From positions 64,001 through 128,000 of the forward strand of contig JBHJGN010000023.1 of NCBI GenBank assembly GCA_050331735.1: 64,000 nucleotides of DNA, given 5' to 3'. The stretch's first letter is position 1; every line of letters starts with the position of its first letter. This document shows positions 22,571 to 32,928 of this stretch, piece after piece. Position numbers and translations under genes: made by a program. The stretch is from Cyanophyceae cyanobacterium. Its GTDB lineage: Bacteria > Cyanobacteriota > Cyanobacteriia > Cyanobacteriales > JBHJGN01. Below the pieces are notes generated by a model. That model searched no databases and was not told where the DNA came from. It saw only the letters and a program-made list of their open reading frames with translations.

Positions 22571-23332
22571 TTAAAACGACTGTCCGACGTATACGAGACG
22601 CTTTTCGTTTTGACGGCGAATTTCTGCTGAGCGCTGCGTAACGGTGGTGAGGGTCCAGCCGCTGCTGCCGACGGTTTCGCCGACGGCAATTTGTTGCGTA
22701 ACGCTGCCGAAGTTGACCAGAGCTACCGAGCGATCGCCGAGCTCCAGAATCCCGATTAAACGGTGCTCGTGAGGCACTGATATTGCTTCCTCTAGCTCGG
22801 GCAGAGACTGAATCGCTGCCATTAAGGTCGGTGGTGTTGCTTCTGCTGACGGCGTCTGCCCTTGAGCGGTTTCAGGCGCGGATTGAGGAGGGGGAGCAGC
22901 GGCGCTAGATTCTAGGAGCGGTTCGAGCCGAGGGGGTAAGGCTAGCTTGGGGAGGGGTTTAACCGGAGCGACCGGCAAATAGGCCCGCTTAGGAGTGGCA
23001 ATCTTGGCATTCGGAGGAGCTGGACGAAGAGACTCTGGAGACGCTGGCTCAATGGCACGAATGAGCGTTGGGGAATAACTGCGGCGTGCTGGTGCTACTG
23101 GAGACTCAACAGCCCCCTGGGAGGCTAGCCATCCAACAACGCCAAGGGTGTAGAAACAGGCGCTAACAAAGAGCGCTCGTTCCAAACGATACCAGTGGCG
23201 ACGGTCAATCAAGTTTTTGGGGGACGGGCACTGGGGAAAGGGCAAGGGGAAAAGAGAGAGGGGGAGTAATTGGCCTTGGTTTCTTTCCTTTGCGTCGGCG
23301 GTGCTTTTGTCTGGCCAACAGCGAAACGGCAT
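22571..23332 (-). CDS. Hypothetical membrane-anchored protein with Pro-rich linker and PilP/T2SS-C-like C-terminal beta domain
   Basis: One TM segment, Pro/Ala-rich linker, LIGILELGDRSVAL..GETVGSSGWTL..YVGQSF; start uncertain. Confidence 0.6.
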   Translation of the reverse strand: MPFRCWPDKSTADAKERNQGQLLPLSLFPLPFPQCPSPKNLIDRRHWYRLERALFVSACFYTLGVVGWLASQGAVESPVAPARRSYSPTLIRAIEPASPESLRPAPPNAKIATPKRAYLPVAPVKPLPKLALPPRLEPLLESSAAAPPPQSAPETAQGQTPSAEATPPTLMAAIQSLPELEEAISVPHEHRLIGILELGDRSVALVNFGSVTQQIAVGETVGSSGWTLTTVTQRSAEIRRQNEKRLVYVGQSF

Positions 23333-23471
23333 AGCTTAGATCCCTTTTACGAAGACGCTTCAACAGTACGCTCTTCAAACCATCTTCTACTAGCGTATTT
23401 TCCCAGAAGATTAGCGACTGCTTCAGCAACTCCTCTGCATAATTCCGTGAATCTACTGAACGTGAGCACCA

Positions 23472-25454
23472 TCACTTGGAAATTTGAGAGCTGACCGGGC
23501 CAACTGCCAGCGAGCGTTGAGGCTGATACTCGGGAACCAGCACTTTAATTTGCTCAATGATCCCAGAGCGATCGTCGAGGCTAACCTTGGCGAATAGAGA
23601 ATCAAGATGGGGCTGCAAGGCTTCCCAGCTTAGCTTCCGCTCGTAGGCGGAGAAGATTTTAGGATGCCTGGTGGGACGAATATTGTGTCCGTCAATGAGC
23701 AGCTCTTCATACAGTTTTTCTCCCGGTCTCAGTCCGGTAATTTTGATTTCGATATCCTGATTGGGAACAAGTCCGCTCAGACGAATCATCTGGACGGCGA
23801 GATCGTAAATTTTGATGGGTTCTCCCATATCCAGCAGAAACACCTCTCCTCCTGTAGCCATCGCCCCAGCCTGCATCACTAAACGCACCGCTTCCGGGAT
23901 GGACATAAAGTAACGAGTGACTTCAGGATGAGTGACCGTAATCGGCTTTCCTTGAGCAATTTGGCGGCGGAAGCGGGGGACAACCGAGCCGCTGCTGTCT
24001 AACACATTCCCAAATCTGACAATCGCAAAGCAGGTAGAGCTGATTGGGTCTGCTAACCCCTGAACAACAAGCTCGGCAATTCGCTTACTCGCGCCCATAA
24101 TATTAGTAGGACGAACGGCTTTATCGGTAGAAATGAGGACAAAGCTGCCAACGCGACACCTTAAGGCGCAGCGTGCCGCCGAGAGCGTCCCAAATACATT
24201 GTTGTAAATTCCCTGAGCCGGATTCGCTTCGACAATGGGAACGTGTTTATACGCTGCCGTATGATAAATCGTATCTACCTGATGCCGCTTGAGAACGTTG
24301 GTAAAATAAATCTCGTCGGTGACGCTTCCTAAGTAGGCAATCCGTTGCAGATGAGGATAAGTTTCGGCTAATTCAATGTCGATGCTGTAGAGAGAAAATT
24401 CGCTGACCTCGTACAAGATTAAACATTTTGGCTCTAGCCGAGCAATTTGGCGGCAGAGTTCAGAACCAATGGAGCCCCCGGCTCCCGTTACCAGAACCAC
24501 CTTACCGGTGACGTTTAAACGCAGTAATTCTGGGTTAGGCATCACTTCTTCTCTGCCCAGCAATTCGGCAACGTCAATCGGGCGAATTTCGCTAATAGAA
24601 ACTTTATTAGACAACAGTTCTCCCAGGGTCGGAATGGTTTTGACAATCACTGGCAATTTTTGCAGGCGATCGATGATTTGTCGTCTTCTCGTTTTTGAGA
24701 TCGAAGGCATGGCCAGAATAATGGTATCAAATGGCTTCTTCGCCAACAGCTTAAACAAATCTGCTGGCGAATAAACCTTAATGCCTTGAATAATTTGGTA
24801 CTGAATATCTGGATTATCATCGACGAAAGCCACCAGACGACAGCCCGGTTCACTCGCCACCGTTCGGGCCAGTTGCGTTCCGGCTACTCCCGCTCCGTAA
24901 ATCACAAATGTTTTGAGAGCTTTGTTTCGGTGGGTCACGCTTAACTGAAGGCGGCGAAACAACCCAAAAATAGCCAGACGAATGCCAACTACCAAGACTA
25001 AGGTCAAGAGCGCGTCAATAATGAGCACTGAGCGGGGCAAGGGCCAAGACCCCTGGAGGTAAGCTAAAATTACCTGAGTTCCAGAGCTATACAGAACGGC
25101 TTGAATAGCCGTAGACAGGAATTCCAGCCCGGTGTAGCGCAGCACCGAGCTGTACATGCCTTTGAAGCGAAAGATGAATATTTTGAGCAGAATCAGTAAC
25201 ACGATTTGCCAAGAAAATTCTTGGATCGCTGTAATTGGCAGCAGTAAGCTAAAGCGCAGAGAAAAAGCTCCTAAAACAGCGAGTAGAAAAGAGACTGTAT
25301 CGAGGCTAATAAGTAACCAACGTTTATAAGGTCTGGTCAACGATGTGTATACATCGTGTAGCCAAAAGATCAGGTGCTCTTTCATATATTTTTCAAACTC
25401 CTCACCAAAGCTCCTCACCCAAGATGGAGCAAACACCAAGCCGATAAATGGCAT
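23472..25454 (-). CDS. Nucleoside-diphosphate sugar 4,6-dehydratase (CapD/PglF family)
   Basis: N-terminal TM segments, VTGAGGSIGSEL, AAYKHVP, ISTDKAVRPTNIMGASK, VRFGNVLDSSGSV, LRPGEKLYEEL. Confidence 0.95.
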   Translation of the reverse strand: MPFIGLVFAPSWVRSFGEEFEKYMKEHLIFWLHDVYTSLTRPYKRWLLISLDTVSFLLAVLGAFSLRFSLLLPITAIQEFSWQIVLLILLKIFIFRFKGMYSSVLRYTGLEFLSTAIQAVLYSSGTQVILAYLQGSWPLPRSVLIIDALLTLVLVVGIRLAIFGLFRRLQLSVTHRNKALKTFVIYGAGVAGTQLARTVASEPGCRLVAFVDDNPDIQYQIIQGIKVYSPADLFKLLAKKPFDTIILAMPSISKTRRRQIIDRLQKLPVIVKTIPTLGELLSNKVSISEIRPIDVAELLGREEVMPNPELLRLNVTGKVVLVTGAGGSIGSELCRQIARLEPKCLILYEVSEFSLYSIDIELAETYPHLQRIAYLGSVTDEIYFTNVLKRHQVDTIYHTAAYKHVPIVEANPAQGIYNNVFGTLSAARCALRCRVGSFVLISTDKAVRPTNIMGASKRIAELVVQGLADPISSTCFAIVRFGNVLDSSGSVVPRFRRQIAQGKPITVTHPEVTRYFMSIPEAVRLVMQAGAMATGGEVFLLDMGEPIKIYDLAVQMIRLSGLVPNQDIEIKITGLRPGEKLYEELLIDGHNIRPTRHPKIFSAYERKLSWEALQPHLDSLFAKVSLDDRSGIIEQIKVLVPEYQPQRSLAVGPVSSQISK

Positions 25455-25591
25455 TAAAGCACGATTAAAAAGCGAAAAAGGGATCGGACCTCAATTTCTC
25501 TTAAATGACGAATGCCTGTCAAGTATTTATTGTGCTGGCAGGCTAGTTAGTCGAGTTCAACCCAAAGCTAGACTTGAGCGGGGGGCTGAAC

Positions 25592-26560
25592 TCAAACATC
25601 TGCCGACGCTTGGGAAAACTGATGGACCAACAGCTCTCCGCCGATGAGCGCCCCGATGATGCCGACGCTGCTGAGCACGGCTCCCCAGGCTCCTAAGGAC
25701 AAGCTGACGGCAACAAGAACAGTAATACCGATGTAGGTACTGGCGACCTGGCCGTGAGACCACCCCGACTGTTGTAATCTCTGATACAGATGGGTGCGGT
25801 GAGCGCGAAAGATATTTTCCCGCTGCCACAAACGCCGACCCAGGGTGTAGACTGCATCGGCCATCAAGGGGAAGGTGACGACGAGAGCAGACCAAGCCTG
25901 TACTGAGGGGCGATCGCTGTTGAGTAAAGCCGCTGCCACTGTTGCTCCTAAAACCGTGCTGCCAGCGTCGCCCATAAAAATTTGGGCAGGAGACCAGTTC
26001 CAGCGCAGAAAGCCCAGCAGAGCGGCGACTAACAGCCACAGAAACGGCTGATTGAGCGTAAAGGCCAAAAAGCCGAGCTGAACCGCTGTGGTTCCAGCCA
26101 CCAGACCATCTAATCCATCCATAAAGTTATAAAAGTTAATCAAGGCCGTAAAGCCAATGAGGGTAAGAGCGATCGCCCCTAGCTCAGCGACTCCGGTCGC
26201 CTGGGGAAACAAGGCATCGATACCGAACCCGGCGACCGCGACGGCAGCCGTAGCAAGCTGAACCGCGTAGCGCACCCCCGCAGGCACTCCCTGGCGGTCA
26301 TCGAGAATTCCAACGGCGGTGAGAGGAATCAGCACCAGCCAAAGAGTTACGGGAACGGAAAAGACTGTGACAGCGGCCACGACGCTCGTAAGCGCAAAGG
26401 CGATGATAAAACCAAGACCGCCACCTCTGGGCGTTGGGTGAGCGTGAGAACTACGCTCGTTGGGTATATCCAGGAGCTGTTGGCCCCAGCGCTGTCTAAT
26501 GAGAGCGACAGTCACTAGACTAATGGCAAAGCTGGTTGAGCAGAGAATTAATAGCGGCAT
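25592..26560 (-). CDS. MraY-like (glycosyltransferase family 4) initiating sugar-1-phosphate transferase
   Basis: DIPNERSSH..PTPRGGG, NFYNFMDGLDG, IFMGDAGS, AHRTHLYQRL. Confidence 0.93.
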   Translation of the reverse strand: MPLLILCSTSFAISLVTVALIRQRWGQQLLDIPNERSSHAHPTPRGGGLGFIIAFALTSVVAAVTVFSVPVTLWLVLIPLTAVGILDDRQGVPAGVRYAVQLATAAVAVAGFGIDALFPQATGVAELGAIALTLIGFTALINFYNFMDGLDGLVAGTTAVQLGFLAFTLNQPFLWLLVAALLGFLRWNWSPAQIFMGDAGSTVLGATVAAALLNSDRPSVQAWSALVVTFPLMADAVYTLGRRLWQRENIFRAHRTHLYQRLQQSGWSHGQVASTYIGITVLVAVSLSLGAWGAVLSSVGIIGALIGGELLVHQFSQASADV

Positions 26561-26607
26561 GAGCGTTATTCTACTGGCAAAAATAATTCAAAGGGAAAGG
26601 TAATAGC

Positions 26608-27501
26608 TCAAATTATGCCTTGAGCGCGCATTAACTCGACTTCTTGCCGAAGCCCCACTTCTAAGCTTCGAGGAGAAAAGTTTAAATCTCGTGTAGCCGC
26701 CTGGTGAGCATAGGCTTTATCTTCCTGAAGCCTGAGAATTTGTTCTCGGCGAACCGGAGAGCGTTCACCAAACACGGTTTCTAGGGCGGTAGCAGACCAA
26801 ATCCCGAGGTTCAGGGGCAAGGAGAGAGCGCGAACGGGTTTCTCTAGGAGCTTGGCAACCAGAGCTAGCAGTTCGCTCAAGGTGACGACGCTGCCGCCAG
26901 ACAGATCGTAGGCTCCGTGAATCTGCGGATGTTGCCACACGGTGAGAAGAGCTTGAGCAATATCGTCGGCGTGAATCGGCTGTAACAGATTACCTCCTGA
27001 CCCGAAGACTGGAAAGAAACCGTAGCGGTGACAAAAGGTAATCAATCTATGGAGATTTTGGTCGCGCGGAGAACCATAAATCATCGTCGGTCGCAGCAGA
27101 CAAACAGCACCAGGATAACGCTCTAGCAACCTTTCCGCTGCTTGATACTCTGCTGAATACTGATTGAATTTTGAGTAAACTCCGGTGGTTCCGATGATAA
27201 TTAACCGAGGAGACTGGCGGGCTGTGGCTAAGCTCTCTAACAGGGTGGGGACTTGCCGCAACTGCACGAGGTGAATAATCGTTTCCCACCGATGCTCCAA
27301 AAGTTTCTTCCAGGTTTGAGCCGTTGCGCTGTCGCCTCTATGGTAGCTGAGGCGTAAATTGAGGGCATCGATGGTGCGGCGATCGCTTTGTGGACGGACG
27401 AGACAACCAATCTCGGTTTGAGGAGCAACCGCCGCCAGTCGCGTGAGAAAGAGCGTTCCGGTTAATCCGGTCGCGCCAGTCAGCAGGGTCTTTGTCGTCA
27501 T
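26608..27501 (-). CDS. NAD-dependent epimerase/dehydratase (atypical SDR)
   Basis: LLTGATGLTG, LRPTMIYG, QPIHADDIA. Confidence 0.85.
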   Translation of the reverse strand: MTTKTLLTGATGLTGTLFLTRLAAVAPQTEIGCLVRPQSDRRTIDALNLRLSYHRGDSATAQTWKKLLEHRWETIIHLVQLRQVPTLLESLATARQSPRLIIIGTTGVYSKFNQYSAEYQAAERLLERYPGAVCLLRPTMIYGSPRDQNLHRLITFCHRYGFFPVFGSGGNLLQPIHADDIAQALLTVWQHPQIHGAYDLSGGSVVTLSELLALVAKLLEKPVRALSLPLNLGIWSATALETVFGERSPVRREQILRLQEDKAYAHQAATRDLNFSPRSLEVGLRQEVELMRAQGII

Positions 27502-27634
27502 TGCTGCTAATCGAGAGCCACGTCTCCAATACAACTGACCGATAGCATTTCTGAATGCTCACTTTCGGCTTATCATACTACAGATTCTCGGTTTACTTTC
27601 TGCTCTTGCTATCACCCGCTGTGTCAACGCGCCT

Positions 27635-28249
27635 ATGAAATTAACCAGGGACATCATGGTTCTTCTCGGAATCGTTTTGCTAGCTGTGCTGATGTTGGGG
27701 AGCGGAGTGGCGCTAGTCATAACGGTCACTCGCTACCAGGTGCCAGAACCAGAAGCGGTGTTGGTGCTTGGCGGAACCCCAGAACGAACCAAGTTTGCCG
27801 CGCAGTTTTACCAGTCTCATCCGTCGTTGGAAATCTGGATTTCCGACTACCAGCACTACGAGATCAATCAGCAAATCGTTCGAGACTACGGCATCCCGGC
27901 TCAGCAGGTTCACTACGATCTTGGTGCAACGGATACAATTACGAACTTTACCTGCACCCTAGAGGAATTTAAACAGCATAACCTGCGGCATCTCTACTTG
28001 ATTACTGCTGATTTTCATATGGCGCGATCGCTCGCCATTGCTACGCTCATTTTTGGGAGCCAAGGAATCATTGTCACCCCTGTTCCCATCAGCACCCCTG
28101 AACCGAGAGAAAGCTGGTGGCTTATCCTCCGAGATGTCCTTCGTGCTCTGGTTTGGCTGGTGACAGGATGGAGTGGAGCTAGCTTGAATCCGAACCTGTC
28201 GCTCATTTTGACTCAGAGGCAAAATGTGCTATCAATTCTTAATATTTAA
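27635..28249 (+). CDS. YdcF/DUF218-family protein
   Basis: N-terminal TM segment, VLVLGG, ATDTITNF, LITADFHMARS. Confidence 0.88.
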   Translation: MKLTRDIMVLLGIVLLAVLMLGSGVALVITVTRYQVPEPEAVLVLGGTPERTKFAAQFYQSHPSLEIWISDYQHYEINQQIVRDYGIPAQQVHYDLGATDTITNFTCTLEEFKQHNLRHLYLITADFHMARSLAIATLIFGSQGIIVTPVPISTPEPRESWWLILRDVLRALVWLVTGWSGASLNPNLSLILTQRQNVLSILNI

Positions 28250-28264
28250 ACCAACTGAGCACTA

Positions 28265-29374
28265 ATGACCACAGAGCGCTGCATTGCCCTAACCAGCTCC
28301 TCGGGCAACCCAAAAGATCCCACAAATTGGTCGGGAACTCCGAGCAATATTGCTCAGGCTTTAGAAAAGTTAGGAGTCACCGTGTTCGGAATTGATGCTA
28401 GCCTTACTAAATCTCAGAAGCTGGCCTATTGGGCCTATCATCGAGGATTGGGCTTGGGGACCGATTATGCCCGAGGTCGGCTCGCCCGCACCGCCAGCGC
28501 CAACATTATTCAGCGTCAAAATCGCACCCTCGGCGCTCAAAAAGTTCTGCACGTGGGCACGATGGATTTGCCAATGTCAGCTCCCAATCCGGCTGTTGAA
28601 CATTATTTATTCTGTGATTCAACCTGGCATTTGTGGTCCCAGTATGCGACAAACATGGACCAGTACCCGCCAAAAATGCTGCGAGTCGCCGAACAGCTAG
28701 AGCGAGAAGCCTACGCTCAAGTGAAGCATTTTTTCCCCATCTCTGAATACGTCCGCGACAATCTTATGACTCACTATCAGATCGAGCCGCAGCGCATTAC
28801 CGTTGTGGGCACTGGCCGAGGTAAGATTGAGCCGTTTACAGGCGATAAAGATTACCAGAACGGCCCCATCCTGTTTGTTGCTAAAACTCGCTATGAAGAT
28901 AAGGGCGGTCCTTTACTGGTAGAAGGATTTAAGCAGGCACAGCAGCAACATCAGGCTCTTAAACTTGTCATTGTTGGGCAAGAACCCTATCGAGAACGCC
29001 TCAATGTGCCTAACGTAACGGTCACTGGCTTTATTCCGTGGAAAGAACTGCAACACCTGTTTAATAGGGCGGCTCTATTCGCTATGCCGTCCCCTAACGA
29101 ACCCTGGGGTTTAGTTTACCTGGAAGCTCTGGCCTGTAAAACTCCTTTACTCGGACTCAATCGAAACTCGCTTCCAGAAATCACCCGTCACGGTCAGTAT
29201 GGTTTTTTGGTGGATGAGCCAACTCCAGAAGCAATTGCTCAAGCAATTTTAGAGGCTTTTTCCGAGCCGCAGCGACTCAAAGCGATGGGAACCGCTGGAC
29301 AGCAGTTCTGCTTAGAGACATTTTCCTGGAAACAGGTTGCTCAGAAGATTGCCGGAGTAATGTTTAGCGATTAG
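28265..29374 (+). CDS. Glycosyltransferase family 4 (GT-B)
   Basis: FAMPSPNEPWGLVYLEALACKTP motif. Confidence 0.9.
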   Translation: MTTERCIALTSSSGNPKDPTNWSGTPSNIAQALEKLGVTVFGIDASLTKSQKLAYWAYHRGLGLGTDYARGRLARTASANIIQRQNRTLGAQKVLHVGTMDLPMSAPNPAVEHYLFCDSTWHLWSQYATNMDQYPPKMLRVAEQLEREAYAQVKHFFPISEYVRDNLMTHYQIEPQRITVVGTGRGKIEPFTGDKDYQNGPILFVAKTRYEDKGGPLLVEGFKQAQQQHQALKLVIVGQEPYRERLNVPNVTVTGFIPWKELQHLFNRAALFAMPSPNEPWGLVYLEALACKTPLLGLNRNSLPEITRHGQYGFLVDEPTPEAIAQAILEAFSEPQRLKAMGTAGQQFCLETFSWKQVAQKIAGVMFSD

Positions 29375-29388
29375 GCAAGGGAAACGCT

Positions 29389-30438
29389 ATGAATAATGAA
29401 CCATCAGCGATAACAGCTATGGCAGATCGAGCAATTGTGATTACGACGATTAATTACCCAACTGTAGGAGTCAAAAAGCTTGCCCAAAAAGCGCCCGCCT
29501 GGAACACGATTGTGGTTGGCGATCGCAAAACTCCTAGCAACTGGCACTGGGAAAACGTCCAGTTTCTCTCGGTTCAAGACCAGCTAGCGTTGGAGAGTGT
29601 CTATGCTCAACAATGCCCGTTAAATCACTACGCTCGCAAAAACATTGGCTACTTAAAGGCGATGCAAGACGGAGCCAAGATAATCTTTGAAACAGACGAC
29701 GACAATATTCCCTACGATAACTGTCTCGCATCGGTCAACAAGCAGGTGGAAGCTCGCCTGGTCCACAAGCCGGGATGGGAGAACGTGTATACCCACTTTA
29801 CCGACGCGAGAATCTGGCCGCGAGGGTTGCCTCTAGAATACATCAACGAAAGTTTACGCCACTCCTCTCCTTTGGGGGAAACAACCACCTGCGACTGCCC
29901 CATCCAGCAGTATTTGGCGGACGGCAATCCGGATGTGGATGCGGTCTATCGGCTGACTACCGAAGGAGATATCAAATTTAGACCGAATGCGATCGCTTTA
30001 GCGAACGGAACCTTTTGTCCCTTCAACTCCCAAAATACTCTCTGGTGGCCGGAAGCGTATCCACTCCTGTACTTGCCCAGCTTCGTCAGCTTTAGAATGA
30101 CGGATATTTGGCGCTCTTTTGTAGCTCAAGTTTGTTTGTACAAGCTGGGCAAGCAGATTGCCTTTCTCGAAGCCACGGTGTTTCAGGATAGAAACGAGCA
30201 TTCACTAATCCGGGATTTCCGCGATGAAGTGCCGGGGTATCTCCATAATGCGAAGATTATGGAACTGCTGACCGAAGTAAATTTATCAGCCGCCGCCGAG
30301 AAAACAGGTGAAAACCTACGCCGATGCTACGAAAAGCTGGTGGAGGCAGAAATTATTCCGCAGCAGGAACTTCAGTTGGTCGATCTTTGGCTGCAAGATT
30401 TAATACCATTGACTGAAAGTAGTCAGATAGTTCCTTAA
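29389..30438 (+). CDS. STELLO/DUF288-like (GT75-related) glycosyltransferase
   Basis: IVITTIN, VVGDRKTP..W, YARKNIGYL.A...GAKIIFETDDDN, IWPRGLPL, PDVDAVYRL, PFNSQNT, FRMTDIWRS. Confidence 0.8.
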   Translation: MNNEPSAITAMADRAIVITTINYPTVGVKKLAQKAPAWNTIVVGDRKTPSNWHWENVQFLSVQDQLALESVYAQQCPLNHYARKNIGYLKAMQDGAKIIFETDDDNIPYDNCLASVNKQVEARLVHKPGWENVYTHFTDARIWPRGLPLEYINESLRHSSPLGETTTCDCPIQQYLADGNPDVDAVYRLTTEGDIKFRPNAIALANGTFCPFNSQNTLWWPEAYPLLYLPSFVSFRMTDIWRSFVAQVCLYKLGKQIAFLEATVFQDRNEHSLIRDFRDEVPGYLHNAKIMELLTEVNLSAAAEKTGENLRRCYEKLVEAEIIPQQELQLVDLWLQDLIPLTESSQIVP

Positions 30439-30619
30439 ACTAACCAAGCATTGGAGGTTCAAGGGCAAAGAGCTGCTGTGCTTCCCTTTCCCCTTGACCC
30501 CTTCCCCTTTCCTCCAACTCATCAAGTCTCTTATTACTTTTTCTAATTGGTATAAACGCTTTAGTATCAGACGTGACGTAATTGCCAAAACCCCGCGCTC
30601 CTCTCTGGGAAGTCCTCCG

Positions 30620-31732
30620 TCAGCGGCGAGCTAAACTGCCGTCTTGATTGACTACTTGTTCGTAGAGCTGATAGGTTTTGCCAAACATCTGTTGGAAGGT
30701 AAATTCTGTTTCGTATTTGTGCCGTCCAGCATCGCCTAGCTGGCGGCGTAGTCTTGGCTCATCGATTAATCGGGCTAGTCGGTTGCGGAGCGTCTCAACA
30801 TCGCCACAGGGAACGCAGTAGCCCGTTACGCCGTCAACAACCGCTTCGGCAACACCGCCGATGTCGGAGGCGACAACGGGTAGTCCGGCTCGCATGGCTT
30901 CAACAATGGTGTAGGGAAATCCTTCCCAGTGGGAGATGAGCGCGAAAATTTGGGCGTGGGCGAGCAGTTGAGCCACGTCAGGACGGTAGCCGAGCAACTC
31001 GACGCGATCGCTCAACCGCCAGCTCTCAACTAAAGCCTGCACTGCTGCTAAATTGGGTCCATCGCCGATGAGCTGAAGCTTGACGTTTGGGAGCGGTTGA
31101 ACGGCCTTGAGTAAGGTCAAGTGGTCTTTTTGCCGATCGAAACGAGCCACCATCACAATCGTCACGGAGGGAGTATCCGGGGTCGCTCGGTCCTGATGAG
31201 GAATATCGGCCATGCCGTTGTGAATCGTAACTAGCTTAGCCGGATTCATCCCGGCGGCGATGCCAATCTGGCGATCGCGTTCTGAAACGCAAATCACTCG
31301 ACTAGCGAGAGGAGCGACAAGCTGCTCTAGTCTCCGGTAGATTGTTCTTTGGGGTTCCGGTACGCCTTCGGTAAAGGCCCACCCGTGGGCCGTAAAAACA
31401 CAGGGCGTGTTCGTGACCCGGCAGGCGATCCGCCCAATAATTCCGGCTTTGCTGGAGTGAGTACAGACTAAATCGGGCTGAGAATGTCGCATGACGGCGA
31501 CTAGCTGATTAAGAGTTTGCCAATCCTGAATTGGTTTAATCGGCTTTTGTAGAGTTGGGCAAGGAGAATTAGGAACATTGTGCTGGGAAAGAGCGTCGCT
31601 ATATGGCCCCCTGGCACCCGTAATGACCTGTACCTGATGCCCAGCTTGGCAAAGATACCGAGCTAAATCTCTGACATGGACTTGAGCGCCACCAACGGTG
31701 TCGGCTCTCGTAATCAGAAAGAGAATCTTCAT
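30620..31732 (-). CDS. Glycosyltransferase family 4
   Basis: GGAQVHV, HSSKAG, SHWEGFPYTIVEAMRAGLPVV. Confidence 0.93.
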   Translation of the reverse strand: MKILFLITRADTVGGAQVHVRDLARYLCQAGHQVQVITGARGPYSDALSQHNVPNSPCPTLQKPIKPIQDWQTLNQLVAVMRHSQPDLVCTHSSKAGIIGRIACRVTNTPCVFTAHGWAFTEGVPEPQRTIYRRLEQLVAPLASRVICVSERDRQIGIAAGMNPAKLVTIHNGMADIPHQDRATPDTPSVTIVMVARFDRQKDHLTLLKAVQPLPNVKLQLIGDGPNLAAVQALVESWRLSDRVELLGYRPDVAQLLAHAQIFALISHWEGFPYTIVEAMRAGLPVVASDIGGVAEAVVDGVTGYCVPCGDVETLRNRLARLIDEPRLRRQLGDAGRHKYETEFTFQQMFGKTYQLYEQVVNQDGSLARR

Positions 31733-31748
31733 TGTGAAGCGCGAGCCT

Positions 31749-32855
31749 TTAGTAAATATTCATCTGCTGATCTGCCAGTTGCTGCCGTCTGATGCTTTTT
31801 ACCCACGCTACCCACGCCCGGTAATAGGAGCTGTTTCTCAAAATCACCGCAAAAATTAAGACAACAAACAGAAAGTAATTTGTCCGATACCGAATGGCAG
31901 AACCCGGATTAATCACGCCCGTCGGATAAGTCACAAACATTAACCACAGCAGCCCCGATATACCAATGGCGTATCTTTCTAGCGGAATTTTCGAGACGCG
32001 CCTCCTGACAAGCATGTAAATCAGGTAGATCAAAATCGCCATGCTTTCTAGGAACGTAATGGCAAATAGGATACTTCCCTCTGTAAGCACTTCACTGAGT
32101 TTCGGCCCAATAAACGAGATTAACATGCCCTCAAAGGCTCTATTAAAGACATCGTATTGTTCAACCCAGAAAGCGCCTCGACTGCTTTCTCCGCCTGCAA
32201 AGTGAGCTTCTACCTGAAAAGAAAGTTCTACGATTTTTTGTCTAAATATGTAGAGAGGAACGAGGGATAACAGCGGCACAATCGTGGCGAACCAAATTCT
32301 GTCTTGGGAGACAAATTGAAAAGATAGTTTAGTGGCAACGAGAACAATAGCGACTGCAATAGCATAGTGGGGTTTGTAAAGAAGAAGCAGATAAAAGGCG
32401 ATTAGATCGTACCACTGCAATTTATCTCGTCCTTTGTACATATCCGAGATATACCCGCAAATTATTCCCATCGCAAAGACGAAGATAGCTTCTTTAGAGG
32501 CAACAGAAGACCATAGCGTAAACGAAGGCAGGAGCAGTAACGGCAGGGCCAGCTTGCGCTCGCTGCTGTCTAGGGAACTTAAAAATCGGTAGATGCCGAT
32601 AAAAGCAATACTTTGAAAGCAAAGATTGATTAAAAAGACATTTCTACCAGTAATCGTGGCAAAGAAAGCGCCAACAGTATCGGTAAACAGAGTTTTTTCA
32701 AATAAGAACCCAAAACCCTGCGGAAGAGAAGCTCGCTGGTAGCGTTTGGAATCGCCGAGAGAGGTCAATCCAGGAATGATGATTTGACCAGCAACTGAGT
32801 AAAAGGCGCGATACAAGAATAAACTGAGCCAGAGTTTACTAAGTTTTAGTTTCAT
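31749..32855 (-). CDS. Polytopic membrane protein, Wzy/O-antigen polymerase or ligase-like
   Basis: About 9-10 TM segments, LLLPSFTLWSSVASKEA, NPGSAIRYR; located among GT genes. Confidence 0.6.
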   Translation of the reverse strand: MKLKLSKLWLSLFLYRAFYSVAGQIIIPGLTSLGDSKRYQRASLPQGFGFLFEKTLFTDTVGAFFATITGRNVFLINLCFQSIAFIGIYRFLSSLDSSERKLALPLLLLPSFTLWSSVASKEAIFVFAMGIICGYISDMYKGRDKLQWYDLIAFYLLLLYKPHYAIAVAIVLVATKLSFQFVSQDRIWFATIVPLLSLVPLYIFRQKIVELSFQVEAHFAGGESSRGAFWVEQYDVFNRAFEGMLISFIGPKLSEVLTEGSILFAITFLESMAILIYLIYMLVRRRVSKIPLERYAIGISGLLWLMFVTYPTGVINPGSAIRYRTNYFLFVVLIFAVILRNSSYYRAWVAWVKSIRRQQLADQQMNIY

Positions 32856-32928
32856 ACGTTCAAGGCGAGAGGGCGGAGTTGCTCACTTAAAGAATCAATA
32901 TAGCGGTTTTCGATTAAATCAGGGGAAG

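Noticed and set aside
23205..23429. Overlapping 74-aa ORF suggesting a frameshift in the 22571-23332 gene
   Set aside because: The main ORF has its own ATG, the overlap runs through a G/A-tract repeat, and no homology evidence links the two frames
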